From Blasia pusilla (Eukaryota), in NCBI GenBank assembly GCA_050084515.1, contig CM114271.1:7812001-7876000 (forward strand): a stretch of 64,000 nt of DNA, written 5' to 3'. Positions 39,601 to 50,278 of the stretch are shown in pieces (position 1 is the stretch's first letter; every line of letters starts with the position of its first letter). The notes below the pieces were generated by a model, which made no database searches, had not been told where the DNA came from, and was given only the letters and a program-made list of their open reading frames with translations. A program made the translations under genes and the position numbers.

Positions 39601-42600
39601 AGTTATAGAGGCACATGAGTCCACAGAGGGAGTGATCAAGGAGATCTCAGAGCAAAGGAGATCTGGAAGAATTTCCAAACCTGTAGAAAGGTTGGGGATA
39701 AACGAAGCTCATTCTATTGAAGAAGGAGTTGTAGAGCCCAACTCTTTGAGTGAGGCTATGAGCAGGAATGATTGAAACAGTGGAGCAGGCTGTGGCAGAA
39801 GAAAAGGTCTCATTAGAAAAATGAGACATGGGAGTTTGTAGATTTGCCACCTGGTAGAAAGACCATTGGTTGCAAATGGGTCTTCAGAAAAAAAAGGGGA
39901 CCAAAGAATGAGATCTTGAAGTACAAGGCACGTCTGGTTGCAAAAGGCTTCAATCAGGAGGCTGGTTTAGACTATCAGGAGACCTTTGCTCCTGTTGCAA
40001 GGTATGGATCCATTAGAGTTCTCTTGGCATTAGCAGCTCAACATAATTGGGAGGTGGAACAGATGGATGTGAAGACTGCATTCTTAAATGGAGAACTGAA
40101 AGAGGAGATCTACATGGAGGTACCAGATGGTTATACTCATCCAGGCAAGGTGTGTCTCTTGAAGAGAGCCCTTTATGGCCTAAAGCAAGCACCTAGATGC
40201 TGGTATGAGAAGATGGATGCTTACCTGATCAGGAAAAGATTCCAACGTAGCAATGCAGATCAAGGAGTGTACTCCTTAGACTCCACTATGTACATAGCAT
40301 TGTATGTTGATGATCTTCTGATGCTAGGAGGGAGCTTAGACACTGTAAAGAGAGTGAAGAAAAACCTCTGTCACAGGACAAACATAGAAAGTGTATATCT
40401 ATGATGGGCATTACTCTAAACTCTCATTAAGAGGGAGTGTTGAAATTTGTTAATATCTAGTTTAGTCATGCCCTAAAAGTAGTTAGTCAAATACTAACTT
40501 AGTTGGATACTAATTTAGTTAGCTAGAGATAACTTAGTGTTCCTCTATCTTTTAGGGTAACCTTGAATTAGGGCAATTCTCGAGTTAGGGCTAGCCACCA
40601 TCTGTTATTTAGGGTATGGATCTGTTCAAGAAGATCCAAGGGCCAGAAGTGCTCACCCTCATGTATATAATGTCTCTCTTTAGAGAGCAGAAGCCAATTC
40701 TACAGCATGCACAGTTTTGGTGAGGACTCCTGAGGCTCTTGGTCCTGCTGCAGAGTGATCAGAGAGTAGTAAGAGGAGATTGAGACTAATTGCTGTGCTT
40801 GCTAGAGCCTCACTGGAAGGCAGGTTGTTTTGTCTAGTATGCTGATGGAGATTGTTTGAGCTCAATGGTGAGCCATGTCTGATCTCTGAGCTGGTGACAT
40901 GTGCAAGGTGTGGCTGAGTAGAATCCTTCTTAGTATCTAAGAGATACTAAGAAGGATTCTACTCAGCCACACCTTGCACTCACACTACAGGTCCTCACAT
41001 GTCACCAGCTCAGAGATCAGACATGGCCCACCATTGAGCACAAACAATCTCCATCAGCATTCTAGACAAAACAACCTGCCTTCCAGTGAGGCTCTAGCAA
41101 GCACAGCAATTAGTCTCAATCTCCTCTTCCTACTCTCTGATCACTCTGCAGCAGGACCAAGAGCCTCAGGAGTCCTCACCAAAACTGTGCATGCTGTAGA
41201 ATTGACTTCTGCTCTCTAAACAGAGACATTATATACATGAGGGTGAGCACTTCTGGCCCTTAGATCTTCTTGAACAGATCCATACCCTAAATAACAGATG
41301 GTGGCTAACCCTAACTCGAGAATTGCCCTAATTCAAGGTTACCCTAAAAAGATAGAGGAACACTAAGTTATCTCTAGCTAACTAAGTTAGTATCTGACTA
41401 ACTACTTTTAGAGCATGACTAAACTAGATATTAACAAATTTCAACAAGGTAAGCCTCTTGCTCTTAAAGGACAGCCCCTGGCTATCTTGAGCCCTAAAAG
41501 TCTTTAACTAAGACTAAGGGAGGCTATTGGGAAACCCTAAAGGATTAGTTAACAAACCTAAAAATAGATTCTTACATACAAATAATAAAAGTAACTTTTC
41601 ATAGTAAAAAGGTAAAGAAGTACTTTTTTGTTCCCAATTGCAATTTCAACAGACATCCTCTCTTAGTAGTATGGATTTGGAATAAATCCATTCCCTGGTG
41701 CAGGCGAGTCAGAGTTCTCATCTGTTCTTGGCTGACTTCTTGTTGGAGAGGAAATTCTTATGGCTATAACATGGATTGGCAGGATACGCGGAAGTTGGAA
41801 CAACTCCATTGTGATCCAGTGCAGCGATTGGTTGCAGATTGTGTGCTTACTGAGCTTGACACTGCAATTGTTACAGACCGAAGTGGAAATTTTTGTGTCC
41901 TATCTTGTGCAACAGTAGCAGATGGTATGTCTATAATCCTGAAAAGATATTGACTTCCGTTGCAGAGATATGATGAAGGCAGTTGGTTCCTATGTAGTGA
42001 ACCGTTTGCATCTTTCTGGGGTTATGTGTAGCACAACTTGGAGGTATTATTTCTGTGTCCTGTAATAAGGGAATTTTTTTTTGTAAAACAGAGAGAATCA
42101 GCCCAGAGCGCAATTTGAGTATAAGCTGTTGGTATCACGTGGGTGAAACGGTTGTACGCATAACAAAGGTCAGCTTGCATTGTTTTGAGATTACTGTACT
42201 TTCTCTGCCATAGTTTGTAGGAAGTGTGGGTTTCTTTCTTGTTCAGTTCAGAAGATCCATATTCCTATCCAGTGACCTAAGTTCATGTCAGTGATGAGAA
42301 ACCCACCATTCACCAATTTCTTTGGCCAGATCTGATTACTAATAGGCTTTGGTTTTCATTTCTTGGTTTGCCTTATCTGCAGGGATCCTTTGCATACAAA
42401 GCACCATTTGAGGAATCTTTGAAAATGTGTGGTGTCAGAAGCTTGTCACCAGATTTATCGGGTGCATCCCTTGTGGGAAGCACACTTCTAGGAAGTGTCA
42501 TTATATTCATGGAAGTTTCAAGGTGTGGATTGCAATTGAGAACTGCTTTTTGTGGGCATAGTGGATTGGTTTGAAAGCTAATTGTGTTTGTTTCATTGTT

Positions 42601-43205
42601 TTGTTGTGCATCTCATCAGATCCAACGGTTTCCATATGTGATTTGTACTGTTGGTGTCTGAGTGATGGTCCAAAAAATGCAATTTGGACTTCATGTTTAC
42701 ATTGGACAGTTTTATCATTCATTTCTTTTTGCAGGGAAGACTATGAACTGCTTCAAGCTGTGCAGATTCGGCTTGCATTGCACCCCCTCACCGCTCCATT
42801 GCTGGGTAATGACCATGCTCGGTATCGCCGCCAAGGCTGCCCTGTAAGTACAGCAACCAAAATATGAATTGCAGCTTTTAGCTGGTCCATATCTTTCCCA
42901 CAACAAGATTGTGCTTATACTCTGCTGCAGTGCTACAGATGCTGAAGTCAGGTATATCTTCTGACACCATCTATTTTTTGGTGAAATTGAAGCATGCTGG
43001 AATCTATCAAGTCCTTGATGGCGATATGCTGGGACAGTTTTTGGAGTTGACAAGTGCACAACAGCAGATGGTTTTGTCTGGTGAGTATATGGGTATTTTA
43101 CCTGAAGATCCCAACGAAGTGTGGATACATGGAGGGCTTTCAAAGAACCTACCAATGGAACCAGTGTTACGTCTCTTTGAGAGAGTACACAATTATCTCA
43201 CCTGA
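15470..43205 (+). CDS. 15-exon gene for a DDB1/CPSF160/SF3B3(RSE1)-superfamily beta-propeller protein (At3g11960-like), about 1356 aa
   Basis: Fifteen GT-AG exons with consistent phases give one open frame of 4071 nt. Motifs include [59 protein letters not shown]-like [10 protein letters not shown] and [12 protein letters not shown]. Confidence 0.92.
16117..16251 (+). CDS. Host gene exon 2
   Basis: [14 protein letters not shown]...SQSQ|GT. Confidence 0.9.
16822..16901 (+). CDS. Host gene exon 3
   Basis: [37 protein letters not shown]. Confidence 0.88.
17184..17267 (+). CDS. Host gene exon 4
   Basis: [35 protein letters not shown]. Confidence 0.88.
17816..17903 (+). CDS. Host gene exon 5
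   Basis: [21 protein letters not shown]...VVKK|GT; phase fits both neighbours. Confidence 0.8.
18358..18524 (+). CDS. Host gene exon 6
   Basis: GGCAG|KLLFPS...GTIWSMAF...LAVLAH|GTGAG. Confidence 0.85.
18699..22234 (-). mobile_element. Decayed Copia element (LTR family Y) in intron 6
   Basis: LTR 18699-19352 (TGTTGAGA...TCTCAACA), partial repeat 19390-19540, PPT at 19541-19550, RNase H remnant [10 protein letters not shown] (19548-19766), RT remnant to ~20660, second partial LTR ~21690-22234. Confidence 0.8.
20684..21689. mobile_element. LTR family X sequence with inverted ends, nested in the Y element
   Basis: 20684-~21090 matches 40438 onward; ~21530-21689 is its reverse complement, ending TTTCAACA. 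Confidence 0.7.
23994..25923 (+). CDS. Host gene exon 7 (1930 bp)
   Basis: TGCAG acceptor in frame with the 629-aa ORF; donor CTG|GTTTGT. Confidence 0.93.
26257..26555 (+). CDS. Host gene exon 8
   Basis: [31 protein letters not shown]...EPE|GTATG. Confidence 0.9.
26949..27249 (+). CDS. Host gene exon 9
   Basis: [13 protein letters not shown]...[14 protein letters not shown]. Confidence 0.9.
27699..27854 (+). CDS. Host gene exon 10
   Basis: AACAG|LYCLG...[23 protein letters not shown]. Confidence 0.9.
28062..28122 (-). mobile_element. Very short 3'-end copy of the intronic LINE
   Basis: AATGAATGAATAGATTTAATGTCCACAGGGACC...CTTAGTTTT matches 30016-30075. Confidence 0.6.
28123..30010 (+). mobile_element. 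Internally deleted Copia remnant in intron 10
   Basis: Zinc knuckle CFYCGKVDH, protease [17 protein letters not shown], integrase tail [12 protein letters not shown], RNase H LSSTEAEY. Confidence 0.85.
30011..33500 (-). mobile_element. LINE (APE, RT, C-terminal CCHC) with (TTCA)n 3' tail, mildly degenerate
   Basis: [11 protein letters not shown] (32674-33399), [25 protein letters not shown] and LLYADD (30732-31990), CRFC...HYLFDC (30120-30731), tail GAATGAATGAATGAAT at 30011-30026; ~42-bp tandem duplication at ~32567-32648. Confidence 0.9.
34095..34630 (-). repeat. LTR family X copy
   Basis: Near-identical to 40940-41430. Confidence 0.85.
34631..37511 (-). mobile_element. Truncated Copia element (gag, protease, integrase; RT deleted) with putative 5' LTR at ~36965-37511
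   Basis: gag [13 protein letters not shown] (36681-36959), protease [10 protein letters not shown], integrase HTDVWG and QNGVAE (34634-35539). Confidence 0.82.
37512..38240 (-). mobile_element. LINE RT fragment related to 30011-33500
   Basis: Clear nucleotide similarity to 31100-31800 ([17 protein letters not shown]). Confidence 0.8.
38792..41447 (+). mobile_element. 5'-truncated Copia (integrase to RT, deletion, PPT) ending in a fold-back LTR X, flanked by a 56-bp direct repeat
   Basis: Integrase RSDGGGEY...[11 protein letters not shown] (38825-39775), [10 protein letters not shown]...YVDDLL (39844-40404), PPT AAGAGGGAG 40429-40437, LTR from 40438; repeat 38736-38791 = 41448-41503. Confidence 0.9.
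40438..41446. repeat. About 1-kb near-perfect inverted repeat (two ~500-bp LTR arms, 3-nt loop)
   Basis: TGTTGAAATTTG...TTAGTATCT-AAG(40939-40941)-AGATACTAA...CAAATTTCAACA. Confidence 0.93.
41783..41924 (+). CDS. Host gene exon 11
   Basis: [25 protein letters not shown]...VAD|GTATG. Confidence 0.9.
42092..42168 (+). CDS. Host gene exon 12
   Basis: [35 protein letters not shown]. Confidence 0.85.
42383..42522 (+). CDS. Host gene exon 13
   Basis: TGCAG|GSFAYK...[19 protein letters not shown]. Confidence 0.88.
42735..42843 (+). CDS. Host gene exon 14
   Basis: [37 protein letters not shown]...|GTAAG. Confidence 0.9.
42993..43205 (+). CDS. Host gene last exon (acceptor position uncertain)
   Basis: [14 protein letters not shown]...[10 protein letters not shown] followed by TGA. 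Confidence 0.82.
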   Translation, partial: HAGIYQVLDGDMLGQFLELTSAQQQMVLSGEYMGILPEDPNEVWIHGGLSKNLPMEPVLRLFERVHNYLT

Positions 43206-45378
43206 GTGTCTAATTGATCTCATTCCTCAGAGATCCTTCTGTCAAAATCTAGTTCCAATCATTGTAAACAATTGTCGACTTCAAAAGAAAAAGAGTTCCA
43301 CAATTTCAAATGTTCCACCCACTGCCCGTCAACTTTGCCAACAAAAGGGGAGAAGCCAGCCCATAGGCAAATGACTCGAAGATTGAGCCCTTGCCCTTCA
43401 GCTTTCTGGGCGACTCTCGAACCCTACTGGCTTCCGATCCGCACCATTAATGCGGATTAGTGTTGGTGGATCTGATTTTACCTTGCAATAAGAGCTTAGT
43501 GATCATTCTGCTCATGTACATCTGTTTCATTAAGGCTGGTTAATCTCTCTGGGTGTTAGTCTTAGTGCCTCCCTCACCTCGGGGAGATTGTAGAAAAATT
43601 CTTCTTTTCAGAGATAATCATGTGATCGAATCTGTGGTTGCTTCGTGGCCCTTCCATACCCATGTTGTGAAACTAGGAAATATGCTCTGTGCCCAGAATT
43701 CGGTGTGGCAATCCCATTTGTTATGTCATGGAAATTTTGACGAAAGTGGTAATCAATTGTGTTTCATCCAACCAGCAATGTTCATGAAGTAGATACACAA
43801 TGTAATAATAAAAGAAAGTGTATACATGGAGTAGTATTTCATACCCATCAATTTTGGCCTATACTTCAAGAAAAAGTCCAGGTTCAATACCTGCACTCTT
43901 AGGTCACCTCATAAAAGAAGATCTCATATGACCTCTGAAAACAGGGAAGTACAAGGCTTGGATATTATCTTGCGTTATGCCTTATCTACCATGACACAAA
44001 AGACAAATAAACTCTCATTAATTCGAAGTAGATGTGGATCTTTGGATACTCCCTCTCACCAAGGTAAGTTGATCGGGGAGGAATTGGTGCTTCCTAATCA
44101 ATTAGAAGACTTGATATAGAGAAAGTTACATACTGCACAAATCAAGTTAAATTCTTGGATTGTATTTGGAGATGATGGTAGTATTTGGGCTAGTCACATA
44201 GAGTTTATATTCAAAAAGGATTGGGCTATGTCTTAAATGAATATAGATAAAAGAGGGACTACCCAATTTGTTGATGAAACTTTCCAAAAGATGGGATCCC
44301 CAATGTAGTAAAAGGAGAATTAGATTATGCACTTACCAAAATGAAACCATAAACGCGTTCAAGGAATTCTACAACGTTGTAGATATTTATGTTCAAAATT
44401 TTGGACATAAATTTAGGGTTGAGGAAAATATCCATCCTTGCAAGGACCTCACTAGTCGGATATTGAAATGAACTTTTAGACATTTTTTCAATATCCATTG
44501 GAAAATAGGAAAATGTATGAATGACGATGAGGTCGCAACCGTAGGAACCTTCCATGGAATCCACCACTAAGTAAAGGTATTGTCTCATGTGGATACTTTT
44601 CCAGCTATTTGGTAGGTCATGATGATCTACTCACTTTTGCCCCTCAGATTTGAAGGCGTAGTTATCTTGTACCCTCCAAAGTCCCGGGGACGTGTGATTT
44701 AGTACCCTTTCGAAGGAAAGATTTAATTGATATTGGCAGGAAAATCTTTGACTGGGAAATTCATGATTTTCTTACTTCCACCACATCAGAATTTTGAGTT
44801 TGTTGTGATAATTTATCAGCAAAAAATTTCTTGTCCCCTTCCATGTACTTGACTTGAAAAACAACATATCCCCTACGATCAGGGCTCCCGCTAGAACCTA
44901 CCCAATGGGGGCCCAACCTACCCTATGGGCTTGTCTTGGGCTAGTGAGGGCCATAAAACGGTGCGGGCTTGGGCAGATTGGGTATCTGCTACAGGCTCGA
45001 TGCGCGGGCCTGGTTGTGGGCCGCGGATACGCGGGCGGCATGTGAGTGGACACGACCATCCCATGAACGGACTTGTTCGTTTCCGTGCAACTTTGCTCCG
45101 CGTAGGCGTTCCCCTCCAAATATTCTTGTAGCCAACTAACACTACCCATGAATGTTTCCAAGGTGATCATTGTGTCACCTTGTGGATCACCACCACCATC
45201 ACACCTTGCAAACCACACAATTAGATGGCTCATTCGACCGTCATATAATCGCCATCCTCGTCAATATATAAGAAATCATCTCCTTCAAAAAATTGAGGTT
45301 GAAACTAAGGGAATATAACACTCTTCTCCCTACCAACATATTGAAAGACTCTTCAAGTGTTTTTATCACACGATTGCG

Positions 45379-45562
45379 CGAGTTCCGCGGCTAGGTGGCA
45401 CAGCCTGGACCCCTTCCTCCACGCCGCGGTCGGGCGGCTCGCCCCAGGTTCGACCCGTCGCGGTCCCGCCCGAGTTCCGGGGCTGGGCGGTGCAGCCTGG
45501 ACCCCTTCCCCCACGCCGCGGTCGGGCGGCTCGGCCCACGTCTGAGCCCTCGCGGTCCCGCC
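45379..45562. repeat. GC-rich tandem dimer of a 92-bp unit
   Basis: CGAGTTCCG.GGCT...CAGCCTGGACCCCTTCC.CCACGCCGCGGTCGGGCGGCTCG...CGCGGTCCCGCC at 45379-45470 and 45471-45562. Confidence 0.85.
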
Positions 45563-45750
45563 CCTCGCGAGTAATCCCTCAATCACTCAGACTAAACCAT
45601 ACGGCACTCAATCTACACTCTGTCACTAAGACGTGTGTTGTGCGATTACAAGCAGCGTGGTGCGGCAAATCAACTGATCTATCGTCTCATCGACAAACCA
45701 TCCTCAACTCAGGATGCGCATCGTTGCACTATGTGAAGGATTCTCTAGTT

Positions 45751-46640
45751 TGTCACATCTTAGTTAGGCAACGGGTAGAGTTCTACCATGTGGACGACAT
45801 AGAGGGTCAACGAGCGGTTCGGATGTAACTTTGTCTTGAGATGTTGGATGATGTTCATGACTGATCTATTGCCTCGGGACGTTATTCATGGTGATTCCCC
45901 TTCTTTGCTATTTCTGGATAGGTAATCCATTGACCGATTCCACGGTCATCCGATAACCATCCGGACACGAAGCACAAGGACTATGAAGGAGCGGGGAAAA
46001 TAACCCGCCCTAATCGGGGTGGAGTTCGGAGGGCCCGTAATAGCTTCGGATTTTTGCAATCCAGCCTGGCAATCAAGGTTATAAGAGAGGGAAAGATGGC
46101 TTTCCCAAGCCATCTTTCTCATGTTGAGCCTGAGGGTTACCTCTTTTTCTTGTGTATGTAGGAACTAGGGTGCTAGCATCCGGATTCCTTGATAGCGGAA
46201 GGTGGATGTGGTTCAATATGCCAATGTAGATTGAGGAGTGGAGTCTTGGGCAGGGTGACCCATTTTTACTCTGATTTTACATGAGAAATATGTGAGGGGG
46301 CAAGGGGAATTCATTGTATGCAAGTAGGCAAGCAAGTTGCCTTGATGGGGAGCCCCTAGAGACATGTGTGTCACCTTGTTTGCCGTTTGATTTGTTTGGA
46401 AGGCCGTGCGCGGAAGCGTTGCTAGTTTTCCACATATTTTAGCTAGAAGGGGATTAGGATAAAGCAATAGCAGGGGTCCGGCAACAACTCTCAATTGTAG
46501 CGTAGCAGGTAGTATTGACGTGTGAGCGGCACGTGTCGAGAGAAGGAGAGAAAGAGTGTTGAGTAGGTCTTGGAGCCGTCGGGGGGCTGTCAGGTAAAGG
46601 CGACTAGAGGATTAGGGTTAGGTTGTAGCTTGTTAGATTA
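45751..46640 (+). mobile_element. 5' end of a DNMT-Gypsy family element (repeat B followed by leader C)
   Basis: Starts TGTCACATCT; 45751-46272 is the reverse complement of 52990-53462; then continues into sequence matching 1965-2330 rather than repeat A. Confidence 0.75.
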
Positions 46641-46859
46641 GGCTAAGTAGGCTCGGGAAGGATAAGGTGATAGTTCTTTATTAGTAACCCATCGATTGCG
46701 CTTTGTCGATCCATTCTATCAGACCCCCAAAAATTTTTCTCGCATGTAAGATGACATTTGGATACCCACCTTGACAGTGGGTCCATATCCTTATGCATCC
46801 TGACCCAATGTGTTTCCACTATCATTCAAAGCTAGCATGTTGAGATGCCTATTACTAGG

Positions 46860-47362
46860 AGCCGTAATGAATTCCACTTTCCCCATGACCGAGCCCATGA
46901 CAACTTTCTTATCTAAAATCAGACTAAAAATGGCTCACATGAGCAGCTCCATTCTCAAATCCACATCCACCTATCGAACTACGTCCTCCATTATGAGGGA
47001 ATCCGGACGCTAATACCCTAGTTCCTACACACAAATAAGTTTCTCAAGCCAACATGAGAAGGTTGGCTTGAGAAAGCCATCTCTCCCTCTTTTATAGCCT
47101 TGGTGGGAAGAGCCCGGCCCTTCCCCCAAAATAACCTCCTCACGATAACCTGCATGCACAGGTTATTGGGTAACCTTTGACTCGGTCAATCGGTCACCTA
47201 CCCAACAGACCAAAATAGAAATAGAAATAATATTGTTGACACAATAGACGTGTCGTCAACCTCATCGGACATCTTAGGGCAAAGTTACACCCAAACAGAC
47301 CGGTGACCCCCTATGTTGTGGACGTGATAGAACTCTATCTGTCGGCTAACTAAGATATTACA
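46860..47362 (-). mobile_element. Second 5' end of the DNMT-Gypsy family (repeat B plus start of C), inverted relative to 45751
   Basis: ~46915-47362 aligns with 52990-53462 (GGAATCCGGACGCTA, CAACATGAGAA, CAAAGTTACAC). Confidence 0.7.
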
Positions 47363-47639
47363 ACTTCCCTACTTGGAACATATATGTTGCACATCTCACT
47401 ATATTTTTATAACATCACATATCCAAAATTTTCTTCTCTAAATGATTTCGTTTCTTTATAGTTTCCAAATAAGCTTATCTAAACTTATGTTAATTGTTCG
47501 AACAACTCAGATGTTCTGCCTTATATAAGTCCACATGAAATATGAAAGTTTCCAAATCCTTTATTACTACGGTATATCTCATGCATTATTTTTCTTTAGA
47601 ACATCATATATTGAGTGTCCTGCGCCTACTCTCCTTTAG

Positions 47640-48609
47640 TGTTGCAGAAGCGTGCGTTTAGTAAGACACATTCTGAATGTTGATCTCCATCCAAACATGC
47701 ACTCACGTTAGTCGGGTCTAGATCAATCAATGCTCTAACTCTGCGAGTTCTTGACTCGGCTTCTCATCAAGCTCAACCTTCCTAGTTTCTTACTTCACAA
47801 CATAGACAAATCTCTCAAGACTTGGGATAGACTTTCTAGTCGATTCAAGAACCTCAAATGGCGTTTGCATGCTTAGCGGTCCCAACTGTCCAAAGGACCT
47901 CGAATGAGTCCCTAACCGAGACTCACTAGAATGAGTCACGGGTTGGAATCCAAGTGTGGCTTTCGAAATCCATTCCCTTGGATCATGTTTGGGTTTCGAG
48001 TCCCAACGCCAAACTCTTGTTCCATCTTGTGCCCTTGAGCCACCCTTTGGTGTCCAAAGTGAGGTTTGTGTTCCAAGAATTCTTGGAGACACTCCCCCAT
48101 ACTAGTACTTCTGGGTATCATCCTTCTCCTCCTAACTATCGGAAAAGACAGTCGGGCCCTTCATTTTGGTCCTCAACCCAACTCCCTTTATAGTTATTTT
48201 TGGAAAATATCTCAGCCTCTTCTTGTGCGTTTGTTGAGATATTTGGTGCGTTGGAACAGTTTTTGCATAAGATTCATAACTCCATCTTAGTTGTCCCAAA
48301 CGCATCTTGCGACTTAATAGTATGATCCGAAACACAGTTAAAACCCCAAACACTAGTCGCGTTCCAAATCTGGTTCTCACCTCTTTGGCAACCAACCTTC
48401 CTAGACTCAACTTATCTCAAGTCTTGGTTTATGTTTGGTCCAGGTTTTCTAGTTGCGACCATAAACACATGAAATGCACAAAATCTATTCATGTGTTTCG
48501 TCTCTTAGACTCTTCCAAGAGACATGTCCAAAGCGCAACCATCCTAGTGAGAGCTCGATAATGTTCTGATGTTCCGCTTGGTGTTTTTTTGGTTACAAGG
48601 GTTGCGACA
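47640..48609. mobile_element. Probable solo LTR
   Basis: Termini TGTTGCA...TGCGACA; flanks TTTAG and TTTAC match at 4 of 5 bases, consistent with a target-site duplication. Confidence 0.55.
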
Positions 48610-48637
48610 TTTACAGCATCATATCTACAAGGTATTA

Positions 48638-49262
48638 TATCGTGCGCATACACCTTGCTATACAACATACATCGTTGTGACCAAACACACTCAGAAACAC
48701 AAACTATCTTGTGTTAACTCATGACATCCAAACATCGAGACGAGAAATATCAAAATATCTCTAATAAATCAAATAGATCTCTCACATAATCTCTCCATGG
48801 TGCACACAAATGTCTTTCTCTCTCGTGTCAAACCAAACCCACTCTCCTAATGAGACGCTTGGATTATACACACAAGGCAAGGAGGACCATAGTTTTGCCG
48901 CCTCATGCCAAGAGGTTCAATAAAGAGACAATGAAAATGGTATACCTCCAATTCTTTCTCTTGGAGGTATACTCCCTTCCTTCTGCTAAGCTCTTTCCAT
49001 GGTAACCTATGCTCGCAGGTCACCTCTTGGGCTCTTGACCTACTATAGCGGGTGAAGGGCTACTTCCCAAAGTGGGAAGTCAACTATACTCAAAATGGGA
49101 ACTTACCAAAAATAGTTTCTCTACATGGCTCCAAATAAGCTGAAACGAGGGGAAAACATGCTCTCTCAAGCCACAAGTCATCTTAGACCTCTTGAGAATG
49201 TCGTCCAATACCCTTGAAGGCGCTCTAATAGATCTCGTCGATCTATCCTAAAAGGCGTGACA
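48638..49262 (-). repeat. B'+A' terminal unit of a DNMT-Gypsy-related subfamily
   Basis: TATCGTGCGCATAC...GGCGTGACA; similar over its length to 49602-50228. Confidence 0.75.
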
Positions 49263-49601
49263 ATTGTTCTCTCAATGATTCGGAGTTCTTTAGAGCATCG
49301 TGTATGCAAGGCATTCTTCTCACAATGATTCTGAGTTCTTTGTAGATTTCAAGTAAGGATATTTATAACTTTCATGATCATTCAAACATCTCAAATGTAC
49401 TACCTTGGATAAGTTTGCACTAAATGTGAGGATAACCAAATCTTCTCAAACTCTGACATATCATTATTTTTTCTATCAAATTCAAAAAAAATCTTATTTT
49501 GACATACTTTTTAATCACTCCATGGAATTATAGGAATGCACAAAGCAGCTCTAATTTCTACTTGCATTCAAATTTTACTACAATATCACACATAAGTGAA
49601 T

Positions 49602-50278
49602 TGTCGTGCGCATACACATCGCTGTCACCCAACACACACACAAACACGCACGATCCCATGCTAACTCATAACATCCAAAAAATGAGACAAGAAGTACCAA
49701 AATATCTCCAATTAAAACAAGATCCAATCTCTCTCATAACACCATAGTTCTCATATGTGTGCACTCTCACATGTCTCTCTCAATGTCAAACCAAACCCAC
49801 TCTCCTAATGAGAGGCGTGGGTTACACACACAAGGCAAGCAAGACCATAGCTCCGCCGCCTCATGCCAAGAGGTTCAACAAAGAGAGAATGAGCTCTCAA
49901 GCTCTCTCTCCTTGAGGTATACCCCTCCCCTCTCCCAAGCTCTCTCCATGATAACCTATGCTCCCAAGTCACCTCCTTGGCTCTTGACCTGATATAGGAA
50001 GTCAAGGGCCACTTACCAAAAATTGAAAGTCGATCACATACTCAAAATGGTACTTATCTAGAATAGTAAGTTCCTCAATATGGTTCCAAATAAGCGGAAA
50101 CGAAGGGGAAACCTCCTCTCTCAAGTTTCCCCGACTTAATAGGTCATCCTTGACCTATTAAGCCTGTCCTCCGCTACTCACGAAGGCGCTCTACTAGATC
50201 TCACCGATCTATCCTAAGAGACGTGATAATTGTCGTGCGCATACATATCGCTACACAACATACATTGCTGTCACCAAA
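49602..50278 (-). repeat. A'-NN-B'-A' 3' terminal structure (inner A' truncated)
   Basis: Unit 49602-50228, spacer AT, then a restart TGTCGTGCGCATAC at 50231-50278. Confidence 0.78.
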
